Positions 1 to 7,296 of a DNA stretch of 26,931 bases are shown here, in pieces. The notes under the pieces were generated by a model. The model had not been told where the DNA came from. It worked only from the letters and a program-made list of their open reading frames with translations, and did not search any database. Origin of the DNA: a virus (Duplodnaviria; Caudoviricetes); IMG/VR virus record IMGVR_UViG_3300011338_000286, positions 1-26,931 of that record. One strand, written 5' to 3'. Each line of letters begins with the position of its first letter. Position 1 is the stretch's first letter. A program made the translations under genes and the position numbers.

Positions 1-47
1 TAAAGAGTCTATTAGATTAAACATCAAACCAAGTGGAGGAAAGTAAT

Positions 48-434
48 ATGTCAGCACCGGACACAACTAAGTTCCAGATTAACTACAAGTTAGCAGACGG
101 AACTCTTATCAACCTGTACGCATCAAGTGTTACAGAACTTGAAAGCGGATTAGCAGATCTTGCTATGAACGCACTTAACATTCGATCAACTGGTCACGAA
201 CTATCAGGTGGAGCAGCACCAGTGGCTGCCCCTGCGCCAACAATCGCAGCAGTTGCTGCATCATTTAATGCAACACCAGTTGCAGCACCTGCACCAGCAG
301 GTGGAGAGCAACAGTGCCGTCACGGAGTGATGGCTTTCCGTTCAGGTACATCAGCTAAGGGACCTTGGAAGGGCTATATGTGTGCTGCACCTAAGGGTGC
401 AACAGACAAGTGCGACACTATCTGGATCCGCTAG
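48..434 (+). CDS. Hypothetical phage protein with Ala/Pro linker and C-terminal Cys/His (CRHG...C...C) Zn-ribbon-like domain
   Basis: GGAGGA at 35-40 before ATG 48; linker APVAAPAP; C-terminus CRHGVM...WKGYMC...KCDTIW. Confidence 0.75.
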   Translation: MSAPDTTKFQINYKLADGTLINLYASSVTELESGLADLAMNALNIRSTGHELSGGAAPVAAPAPTIAAVAASFNATPVAAPAPAGGEQQCRHGVMAFRSGTSAKGPWKGYMCAAPKGATDKCDTIWIR

Positions 435-437
435 TTA

Positions 438-704
438 ATGCGCGAGCCAAGGTTCTACGAGAACCCTGCTTGCGCTGAAATAGGTGGTGACTTCTGGTTC
501 CCTGAGAAATCAGATGGCTCAATGAACTCAGTTGAAATGCTAATGGCTAAGTCCATTTGCAACAGTTGTCTCCACCGTAGCGAATGTGCAGAGTGGGGAA
601 TACAGAAAGAAAACTTCGGAATATGGGGCGGGATCACCGAAGGTGAACGCCGTTTCATAAGAAGAGAACGCAAGATTACATTGAAGGAGTCAGACGTTGC
701 TTGA
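438..704 (+). CDS. whiB: WhiB-family transcriptional regulator (Fe-S)
   Basis: Four Cys (CAE...ICNSC...EC), FWFP, and GIWGG.TEGERR signature. Confidence 0.95.
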   Translation: MREPRFYENPACAEIGGDFWFPEKSDGSMNSVEMLMAKSICNSCLHRSECAEWGIQKENFGIWGGITEGERRFIRRERKITLKESDVA

Positions 705-1551
705 TCTATCACGTGCTTGGAGTGGTGTGCTTACCAAAGCAACGCCACTACCTGACGTGTGGGTTGCACTATCTGCCAAGCAGATTAAGTTCCGGCGAGG
801 ACAAGTCTGTATGGTAGCGGCTGCGCCTAACGCTGGTAAGAGTATGTTTGCTCTTATCTATGCGATGAAGGCAAAGGTGCCGACTCTATTCTTCTCTGCT
901 GATACTGATACCACAACTGTAATGATGCGTGCTGCAGCAGCAGCATCCGGTCATTCACAGGTCACAGTAGAACTGAACTTATCTAAGAACAGCCACTACT
1001 ACGACAACCACTTTGGCAAACTCAACCATATCAAGTGGGTCTTTGACTCATCACCATCACTAGATGATATCGAGTTAGAGATCAAGGCGTATGTGGAGTT
1101 GTACGGGATAGCTCCTGAGTTGATTGTCATAGATAACTTAATGAACGTGGCAGCAGAAACTGATAACGAGTGGGCAGGGCTTCGTGCAATTATGATGGAG
1201 TTGCACGATATGGCACGAAAGACAGAAGCCTGCGTACTGGTACTGCACCACGTTAGCGAGCAAAGCGAGTATGGCTCACCGTCAAAGCCACCTGCTCGCC
1301 GTGCTATTCACGGCAAGGTAAGTCAATTACCAGCCCTGATACTGACCCTTGGGTATGATCCAAACCAAGCAGTTCTTTGCGTTGCTGCAGTAAAGAACCG
1401 CTTTGGGCCACACACCGCTGATGCTTCTGACTACGCTACGCTCTTTGTAAACTACGCAGCCTGTCAGATATCGGATAAGGATGCGTGGGGTGTTATGATT
1501 AAAAACGATGCAATGACCGGATATCAAGGGAACTACGTAGTCAATGGCTAA
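697..1551 (+). CDS. DnaB-like (SF4/RecA-fold) replicative helicase, motor domain only
   Basis: Walker A AAPNAGKS, Walker B LIVIDNL, VLVLHH, VKNRFGP motif. Confidence 0.88.
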   Translation: MLDLSRAWSGVLTKATPLPDVWVALSAKQIKFRRGQVCMVAAAPNAGKSMFALIYAMKAKVPTLFFSADTDTTTVMMRAAAAASGHSQVTVELNLSKNSHYYDNHFGKLNHIKWVFDSSPSLDDIELEIKAYVELYGIAPELIVIDNLMNVAAETDNEWAGLRAIMMELHDMARKTEACVLVLHHVSEQSEYGSPSKPPARRAIHGKVSQLPALILTLGYDPNQAVLCVAAVKNRFGPHTADASDYATLFVNYAACQISDKDAWGVMIKNDAMTGYQGNYVVNG

Positions 1552-1705
1552 TACTGAATTGCAATATGTGAAGAATGAAATCAAGCAGTTACGTAATGAT
1601 ATGCGTAACCTGATACTGGTGCTTATCGAGTTAGGTATCTTGAAGGTAACAGTAGATGAAGACGGCAACGCCGTCTATGACACAGGTAAAGATGGCAAAC
1701 CCTAA
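1544..1705 (+). CDS. Hypothetical 53-aa protein (MANTELQYVKNEIKQLRND...); not in ORF track
   Basis: Fills the gap between helicase and resolvase with short overlaps at both ends. Confidence 0.7.
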   Translation: MANTELQYVKNEIKQLRNDMRNLILVLIELGILKVTVDEDGNAVYDTGKDGKP

Positions 1706-2042
1706 CGGGCGCAAAGGCGCTCAGTTTGAGACTGATGTAATGAAGTTTCTCCGTTCGGTCGGAGTGCTAGCTGAACGACTCACCAAGGCTGGCGCAAACG
1801 ACGAGGGAGATCTGGTATGTATCGTAAGTGGGAAGACATACATACTAGAACTCAAGAACAGAAAGGCACTAAACCTGCCTGAGTTCTGGAGTGAAGCACA
1901 GGTTGAGGCGCTTAACTATGCAAAGGCTCGTGGACTTGGGGAAGTTCCGCTTTCCTACGTCATAGTTAAGCGTCGCAACGCTTCAATAGACAAGGCTTGG
2001 GTGGTCCAAGACTTACAACAATGGTTAAAGGAGAAGCAATAA
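1692..2042 (+). CDS. Holliday junction resolvase (Hjc-like PD-(D/E)xK)
   Basis: N-terminal GRKGAQFE, GDL, ILELKN motifs; start moved to ATG 1692. Confidence 0.85.
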   Translation: MANPNGRKGAQFETDVMKFLRSVGVLAERLTKAGANDEGDLVCIVSGKTYILELKNRKALNLPEFWSEAQVEALNYAKARGLGEVPLSYVIVKRRNASIDKAWVVQDLQQWLKEKQ

Positions 2043-2194
2043 TGCCAGTACCAGGCGGAGAAATCACAAGCACTGAAACTTGGAGCGAGGCTCCATTAGA
2101 AGAAGCAATCAAGTCTGCTGATGCAGAGCCAGCAACTGAAGAGTACATAACTATTGAAGAAGAATTACCAGAGGAAGAGTTGGATCAAGCGTGA
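2042..2194 (+). CDS. Small acidic hypothetical protein (50 aa)
   Basis: TAATG coupling, AAGGAG RBS, Glu-rich sequence. Confidence 0.7.
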   Translation: MPVPGGEITSTETWSEAPLEEAIKSADAEPATEEYITIEEELPEEELDQA

Positions 2195-2370
2195 TCTGCA
2201 CACATTGTCTTAAAGCCGGTGAAGAGAACTCGGTTAATCATTTCAAACGTGCAGCGCATTGGCACGACAAGTGTGACTATAAGGGGTGTGTATGCCAGCA
2301 CAAGACTGGAGCAGGGTTCGTAAAGCGGGCAGATACAAAGGTTCCGTTGATGCAAACTCAATCCCCATAG
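2191..2370 (+). CDS. 59-aa Cys/His-rich protein (MICTHCLKAG...HWHDKCDYKGCVCQHK); not in ORF track
   Basis: GTGA overlap with upstream stop; CxxC...H..C...CxCxH pattern. Confidence 0.7.
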   Translation: MICTHCLKAGEENSVNHFKRAAHWHDKCDYKGCVCQHKTGAGFVKRADTKVPLMQTQSP

Positions 2371-2669
2371 CAGCCATAGTCTCGCACTATGGCGGTGAAG
2401 TAAGAGAGGGCAAGGCAGTCTCTGTTCGATGCTGCCTGCATAGCGACTCCCGTAGGTCAGCTGTAATAAATACATACGACAATTTATATTTCTGCCACAC
2501 TTGCGGCAAAGGCGGTAATGCTGCAAACCTTGTGTGCATACTAGAGAATATGGAGTTTAACGATGGCCTCAAACGCGCAGTCGAAATTGCTACTGGAAGC
2601 GGCGCAACGATACGCACAGGAGATAAGTCCAGAGGTTCTCGTCGCCCTAGCAGAACGTGGAATATCTGA
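2292..2669 (+). CDS. DNA primase zinc-binding (CHC2) domain protein
   Basis: CCLHSDSRRSA...YFCHTCGKGG matches the CHC2 zinc finger. Confidence 0.88.
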   Translation: MPAQDWSRVRKAGRYKGSVDANSIPIAAIVSHYGGEVREGKAVSVRCCLHSDSRRSAVINTYDNLYFCHTCGKGGNAANLVCILENMEFNDGLKRAVEIATGSGATIRTGDKSRGSRRPSRTWNI

Positions 2670-3213
2670 AGAGGTTGCTGCACGCTTTGAGTTAGGCACA
2701 GTTACTAGCCCACATAACGGACACGAGATGTATGAGGGTTGGATCTCTATCCCGTACATCACTGCCGGTGGCAGTTGCGTAGGCTTTAAGTTCCGACGCA
2801 TTGACGATGGCAAACCTAAGTACGGTTCACCTACTGGGCAGAAGGCTCACCTGTATAACGTCATAGATATCCTAGAGATGTCGCCTTATATTGTTATCTG
2901 CGAAGGCGAGTTAGATGCAGTAATTACTAGCGGTGTCCTTGGTATTCCAGCAGTCGGAGTACCCGGTGTGCAGGCTTGGAAGCCACACTTTCCTAAGTTA
3001 TTTAATGGCTACGATACGGTCTATGTTGTCGGTGATAACGATGTTAAAGAAGACGGGTCTAATCCTGGGGCAGAGTTTGCCAAGCGTGTCGCTAATGAGA
3101 TACTTAACTCAGTTATAGTAAACTTACCACCTGGTATGGATATAAATGACTACTACTTAGCCTACGGAGCAGACGCTACGAGAGCTTTGTTAGTCGGTGA
3201 GAAGGGTGAGTAG
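2563..3213 (+). CDS. DNA primase catalytic (TOPRIM) subunit
   Basis: ERGI, IPY, KFR, PKY, ICEGELDA, GDND, DIND motifs. Confidence 0.92.
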   Translation: MASNAQSKLLLEAAQRYAQEISPEVLVALAERGISEEVAARFELGTVTSPHNGHEMYEGWISIPYITAGGSCVGFKFRRIDDGKPKYGSPTGQKAHLYNVIDILEMSPYIVICEGELDAVITSGVLGIPAVGVPGVQAWKPHFPKLFNGYDTVYVVGDNDVKEDGSNPGAEFAKRVANEILNSVIVNLPPGMDINDYYLAYGADATRALLVGEKGE

Positions 3214-3322
3214 AGACGAATGGCTACAGATAATACAGACTATGCAGCGTATGGGCTTTCAAATCCTTTCAGAGGACATAAACAAGGAGACGCTATTAAT
3301 ACGCCCAATGAAAACAAGGTGA
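3206..3322 (+). CDS. Possible 38-aa protein (MSRDEWLQIIQTMQRMGFQIL...); not in ORF track
   Basis: GTG overlaps the primase end; its TGA overlaps GTG 3319 of the next gene. Confidence 0.5.
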   Translation: MSRDEWLQIIQTMQRMGFQILSEDINKETLLIRPMKTR

Positions 3323-3618
3323 ACCAGTTTGCTGCTGATATGTGGGAGATCTTTGATAGCGCAGGTAATCTACTCCTAAAGAAGCATAGAGACTACGGCC
3401 CAACCAATATATCTTTATCACCCGGTGGCCCGCTTAACGGGCTGCGTGTGCGTATGCACGATAAGACAGCACGCATCAATCATCTAATTGATAGTGGTGC
3501 TACACCTGAGAACGAGAGTCTGCGTGACTCGTTCATTGACTTGCTTAACTATTCTGCTATTGCACTTATGGTTCTTGACGGTGTCTGGCCTGAAGTACCG
3601 GAACTTGACTGTGACTGA
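3220..3618 (+). CDS. DUF1599 / nucleotide-modification-associated domain 1-like protein (start may be GTG 3319)
   Basis: KKHRDYG...RMHDKTARI...ESLRDSFIDLLNYS motif (MazG-like all-alpha family). Confidence 0.75.
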   Translation: MATDNTDYAAYGLSNPFRGHKQGDAINTPNENKVNQFAADMWEIFDSAGNLLLKKHRDYGPTNISLSPGGPLNGLRVRMHDKTARINHLIDSGATPENESLRDSFIDLLNYSAIALMVLDGVWPEVPELDCD

Positions 3619-4243
3619 ACTACACCCGATTGTCTATGACTTAGCACCGAGTGTGGCATATACCCTGCACCGTCGCTATAAGGCTTACGTTGAACGTGAG
3701 GATCTAGTACAAGAGTGTATGGCTTGGGCTATCTCACGTGAAGAGTGGATAGCAGAACTTATGAGCGTGCCAGATGTAGAAGATATTAAACATAACGAGA
3801 AGCGTATTGCTTGGCAGATGCGACGGGTAGCAGAACGCTATGCTCGCAAGGAGAAAGCATCTAAGTCTGGTTACCAGATCAACGATGAAGTCTATTACGA
3901 AACCTTTACTCTGGGTCAACTACTACCGTTTGTTATTGCATCGGTAATAGACGGCACGGTTATCGAGCAGGTACAGGAGATGATCCGTGACGGACAACCA
4001 CGTGGTTCATCTAGTCCAGCAGAAGGCGGTGGCCTACTAGCCTCGCTGATAGATATTAAGAAGGCTTTCCTAAAACTAGAGCAAGAAGATCAAGTGCTTC
4101 TGCGTATGCGTCATCACGAGAACGCAACACTACAGCAAGTAGCACAATACCTAGAGTGTGCTACATCTACAGCTGACCGCAGATGCACAGCATCACTGCG
4201 CCGGTTGCAGGAGATCCTTGGTGGAGAGAGTCCTTGGCGATGA
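3611..4243 (+). CDS. Sigma-70-like (ECF-type) phage transcription factor
   Basis: Region 2-like EREDLVQE; region 4 HTH TLQQVAQYLECATSTADRRCTASLRRL; start GTG 3611. Confidence 0.75.
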   Translation: MTELHPIVYDLAPSVAYTLHRRYKAYVEREDLVQECMAWAISREEWIAELMSVPDVEDIKHNEKRIAWQMRRVAERYARKEKASKSGYQINDEVYYETFTLGQLLPFVIASVIDGTVIEQVQEMIRDGQPRGSSSPAEGGGLLASLIDIKKAFLKLEQEDQVLLRMRHHENATLQQVAQYLECATSTADRRCTASLRRLQEILGGESPWR

Positions 4244-4623
4244 AAGAAGCAGAACTCTTTGACTACTTAAAGGCAGATCTCTACCCAGATCTAGAGCGCA
4301 GCCCTGGTATCTATGACTCCTTTGATTGCATCAGCAGGATTGCTGGTCACTACATCGAACTCAAGTGCCGACATACTCATTACCCGACGCTGCTTATTGA
4401 AGAGATGAAGTACCGCAAGTTAATAACGCAGTCAGCGGAACGAGATTTAGTTCCGTACTACATCAACTCGACCCCGCAAGGGGTCTATTCTTTTGACCTG
4501 ATGGATCTACCAGAACCAGAGTGGGTCAACCATTGGATGCCAGCTACTACTGAGTTCTCCCGTAGCCAGAAGATTACTAAGTTAGTAGGTTACCTAGATA
4601 TAAATGAGGCGGTAAAGATATGA
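4240..4623 (+). CDS. PD-(D/E)xK nuclease-like protein
   Basis: DSFDC...YIELKCR; ATGA overlap at 4240. Confidence 0.7.
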   Translation: MKEAELFDYLKADLYPDLERSPGIYDSFDCISRIAGHYIELKCRHTHYPTLLIEEMKYRKLITQSAERDLVPYYINSTPQGVYSFDLMDLPEPEWVNHWMPATTEFSRSQKITKLVGYLDINEAVKI

Positions 4624-4790
4624 TCTATTCTTTTAAGTGTGAGTGTGGTAGCACCAGAGATCTTGAACAATCTATCCACGCTGAGGTGATAGAACCAATC
4701 TGTACAGATTGCCACCGTAGTATGTACAGAATATGGGAAGCGCCCGGTATAACTTTTAAGGGTGATGGTTTCTATGTCAACGGCGGGTGA
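4620..4790 (+). CDS. FmdB-family zinc-ribbon protein, 56 aa; not in ORF track
   Basis: MIYSFKCECG...PICTDCHRSMYRIW...FKGDGFY signature. Confidence 0.85.
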   Translation: MIYSFKCECGSTRDLEQSIHAEVIEPICTDCHRSMYRIWEAPGITFKGDGFYVNGG

Positions 4791-5361
4791 GAAGTATCCA
4801 AACTGGTTTAAGCAGACTGCTCAGCCTAACTTTGAGCAGCATCTACTCCCGCTAGCAGGGAAAGAGTTCTTACGGTTCTTACAACTTGGTGTTTATACCG
4901 GTGATGCTAGTGTATGGCTATGCGAGAACGTACTTACTAATAAAACTTCTTCACTTATTGACGTTGATACGTGGGAAGGTAGCGATGAAGAAGCACACAA
5001 GTCTATTAGTTTTAGTGAAGTGTATGAGTATTACAAGAAGCGCACTGATATTTACAAAAACCTAAGATCTGTTCGCAATAATACTTTTAACTTCTTATTA
5101 AACAACAGAGATAGGCACGATCTGTTTGACTTCATCTATGTAGACGCAGACCATACCACCGTAGGTGTGCTGCTTGACGCTGAACTAAGTTGGCCTCTAC
5201 TAAAGTCCGGCGGCATTATGGCCTTTGATGATTACACTTGGGGCGATCATTACCCTATGCACCAGCGCCCTAAGCCGGGCATTGACCTCTTCCTTTTGCG
5301 CCATAGCGGAGAGTATGATGTGCTTGCGGTTAACTTGCAGTACTGGATTAGAAAGCACTAA
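4774..5361 (+). CDS. Class I SAM-dependent methyltransferase (Methyltransf_24-like)
   Basis: LQLGVYTGDAS, DVDTW, FDFIYVDADH, LKSGGIMAFDDY. Confidence 0.88.
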   Translation: MSTAGEKYPNWFKQTAQPNFEQHLLPLAGKEFLRFLQLGVYTGDASVWLCENVLTNKTSSLIDVDTWEGSDEEAHKSISFSEVYEYYKKRTDIYKNLRSVRNNTFNFLLNNRDRHDLFDFIYVDADHTTVGVLLDAELSWPLLKSGGIMAFDDYTWGDHYPMHQRPKPGIDLFLLRHSGEYDVLAVNLQYWIRKH

Positions 5362-5395
5362 CCCCCACCGGAGAGTGTGACGGTGAGGGTTAGTG
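5356..5395. terminator. Hairpin between convergent operons (probable bidirectional terminator)
   Basis: CACTAACCC-C-CACCG / CGGTG-A-GGGTTAGTG, 14 of 15 bp paired, 10-nt loop. Confidence 0.75.
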
Positions 5396-5418
5396 AACTT
5401 GCTATCCCGAAGAAGGAT

Positions 5419-6102
5419 CTAAAGAGTATCACATATATTTCCTATGATCCACTCAACTACAGGCACGGCAACCGCGTTGCCCATTTGCTTGTAGCGAGCA
5501 GAGTCAGATTGCCCAGCAGTCCAGTTATCAGGGAAACCTTGCAGTCTTTCGCACTCTACTGGAGTTAATCGTCGTACTGTCATCTGATCTATTACTCCTG
5601 TTGAATCTATTTTTGCCCGTAAAGTATGGTGAGTTTCATCAATAGATCCATTGTATTCATCAACCGCAACAAGTGGTGAATTGTTATTAGTCATTCCTGC
5701 TTTCAAAGTTCCTACTCCTTCACTGTAATCAGCAAAACCTGATGGTGAATAACTAACTGCCATTCCCGCTCCTCCTGCTCGAAGTGTTGGCGAAACTGTT
5801 TCTGATGGTTGGGCATCTAATCCTTGAGTATGACTAAAGATTGTGGCTACCAATGGCATATTGTTTCCACCGGTTCCCATACGAGCTTGTAAAGTGTTTA
5901 CCTTATCATCTTGTATTCTGATATCAGCCACCCTATTTCCATAAAACACTATCGGTTGTTCAATTATTAACTTGTTCTCTGCCACGTACTGGTTACCCAC
6001 TCCCTTATAGTCTCTAGCTTGTAAAGATCCGATCACACTTGCAGTTGTAATAAGGATAGTGGTTCTCACATCTCCATTATCAAAAGCATTTAACGTTGGC
6101 AT
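5419..6102 (-). CDS. C5-cytosine DNA methyltransferase, C-terminal part (repeated TL modules plus motifs IX-X)
   Basis: RRLTPVECERLQGFPDNW and YKQMGNAVAVPVV; six x-(T/S)L-x-A modules. Confidence 0.88.
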   Translation of the reverse strand: MPTLNAFDNGDVRTTILITTASVIGSLQARDYKGVGNQYVAENKLIIEQPIVFYGNRVADIRIQDDKVNTLQARMGTGGNNMPLVATIFSHTQGLDAQPSETVSPTLRAGGAGMAVSYSPSGFADYSEGVGTLKAGMTNNNSPLVAVDEYNGSIDETHHTLRAKIDSTGVIDQMTVRRLTPVECERLQGFPDNWTAGQSDSARYKQMGNAVAVPVVEWIIGNICDTL

Positions 6103-6173
6103 AACCCCCCCTCAACCCAGGTTTCAAAATCATCAACATCTTTAGCCCGCCTACTCTTCGTGTACCACAACAT
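6090..6173 (-). CDS. 27-codon linker ORF (MLWYTKSRRAKDVDDFETWVEGG...), probable true N-terminus of the 5419-6102 ORF via a -1 slip at G7
   Basis: Open frame bridges the stop-filled gap between the MTase halves; G7 tract at 6105-6111. Confidence 0.55.
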   Translation of the reverse strand: MLWYTKSRRAKDVDDFETWVEGGLCQR

Positions 6174-6870
6174 TATCTTCCGGTCTTTTGTAGGAAGTAG
6201 CGGTAAGGGTAGTTACTCCTTCGGAGTATTTGGCGAAGCCTGTCTGACCAAAGCTTCTTGCAGTAGTGGAGGCAGAGTCTTGCCCCGTCGGTTGGCTCGT
6301 CGAAGTATCCCTTCGCAAGCCTTCTGACTTAAATAATACTTCGGCTGGGCTGAGATCTCCAGAACGTCTGCCAACGATGAAGACACGGCGCCGGCGCTGG
6401 GGAACTCCGAAGTGTTGAGCATCAAGCACTCGCCAGCTAACAGAATACCCGAGGTCGGCCATCGTCCCGACGACGACTCCAAAATCTCGTCCTTTGTTAC
6501 TTGATAATAGACCAGGTACGTTTTCGATGAGGAAGTATTCGCTTTGCGTTTCTTCCACAATTCTTGCAATTTCCCAGAACAACCCGCTGCGTTCGCCAGC
6601 AAGTCCAGCCCTCTTTCCAGCCACGCTGAGGTCTTGGCAGGGAAATCCTCCTGCGATAATTCCTTTACTTGGATTAAATCCGACATTTAATAAATCCTTT
6701 CCTGTTACCGTAGTTACATCATCAAATATTTTACTGTTAGGGAAACGGTGTACCAATACTTCTTGGCACTTCTTATCTATCTCTACCGAGGCAACGACCT
6801 TTACTCCATTACGCTCCATAGCAAGGTCAAAACCTCCCACTCCTGCGAATAGACTTACTCCGGTTATCAT
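6151..6870 (-). CDS. C5-cytosine DNA methyltransferase, catalytic part (motifs I-VIII)
   Basis: SLFAGVGG, EID, GGFPCQDLSVAG, IENVPGL, VPQRRRRVFIVG. Confidence 0.95.
   Translation of the reverse strand: MITGVSLFAGVGGFDLAMERNGVKVVASVEIDKKCQEVLVHRFPNSKIFDDVTTVTGKDLLNVGFNPSKGIIAGGFPCQDLSVAGKRAGLAGERSGLFWEIARIVEETQSEYFLIENVPGLLSSNKGRDFGVVVGTMADLGYSVSWRVLDAQHFGVPQRRRRVFIVGRRSGDLSPAEVLFKSEGLRRDTSTSQPTGQDSASTTARSFGQTGFAKYSEGVTTLTATSYKRPEDNVVVHEE
6213..6686 (-). CDS. Nested alternate-frame MTase subunit (M.EcoHK31I beta-polypeptide-like)
   Basis: 157 open codons in the +1 frame inside the catalytic gene; C-terminal SLADVLE...KYYLSQKACEGILRRA..RGKTLP..LQEAL. Confidence 0.7.
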   Translation of the reverse strand: MSDLIQVKELSQEDFPAKTSAWLERGLDLLANAAGCSGKLQELWKKRKANTSSSKTYLVYYQVTKDEILESSSGRWPTSGILLAGECLMLNTSEFPSAGAVSSSLADVLEISAQPKYYLSQKACEGILRRANRRGKTLPPLLQEALVRQASPNTPKE

Positions 6871-7296
6871 TTAGTACCAGCCTCTTCTGTTGTGGTGACG
6901 GAGAGCGCGACACGCACTCCCTGAATAGCGATGGCTAATGTATCTAAGGCCGTGTAAGACTTGGAGTTCAGGTCTGCTACTACGTTCTCTAAGGAGCTGA
7001 GCAATTCCGTAAGCGCTTGATCCCTGTCGGTTCTTTGCGAGGTGGTCAAACCTGCTCTCACCGGTCCATAAGGTGATAAGGCAAGCCGTCTCTCGCTTCG
7101 TATAACCGAGAGCTTTACTATATTCCCTTGCGATCTGTTTGTTATGTTGCTTTTCATTTATCGTCGCTCTCTCCCTCTGTGAAATAATTGTTGGTTTCAG
7201 GGGCGGGTTCTTGCTCTCCCCCTCCGGCGCTAACGCCCACAATAAGGCTATTACTACCGTCAATATCAAACCATTTAGCACCGGTCGTTTCATCAT
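6871..7296 (-). CDS. Membrane-anchored lytic transglycosylase-like protein
   Basis: N-terminal hydrophobic helix; CLITLWTGES (catalytic Glu), SSAYGIAQ, GLRYISHRY, C-terminal GWY. Confidence 0.85.
   Translation of the reverse strand: MMKRPVLNGLILTVVIALLWALAPEGESKNPPLKPTIISQRERATINEKQHNKQIAREYSKALGYTKRETACLITLWTGESRFDHLAKNRQGSSAYGIAQLLRERSSRPELQVLHGLRYISHRYSGSACRALRHHNRRGWY

Noticed and set aside
455-2813. Minus-strand ORFs over the replication operon (455, 1327, 1966, 2185, 2387, 2541)
   Set aside because: Antisense shadows of well-supported plus-strand genes, with no recognisable motifs
6103-6153. Stop-codon readthrough or alternative genetic code joining the MTase halves
   Set aside because: The gap has TAG, TAA and four TGA in frame, and all three stops terminate other genes normally
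6867-7157. 96-aa same-strand ORF overlapping the transglycosylase
   Set aside because: Lies almost wholly within a gene with clear catalytic motifs and has no motif of its own; it is coupled to its neighbours, so not fully excluded
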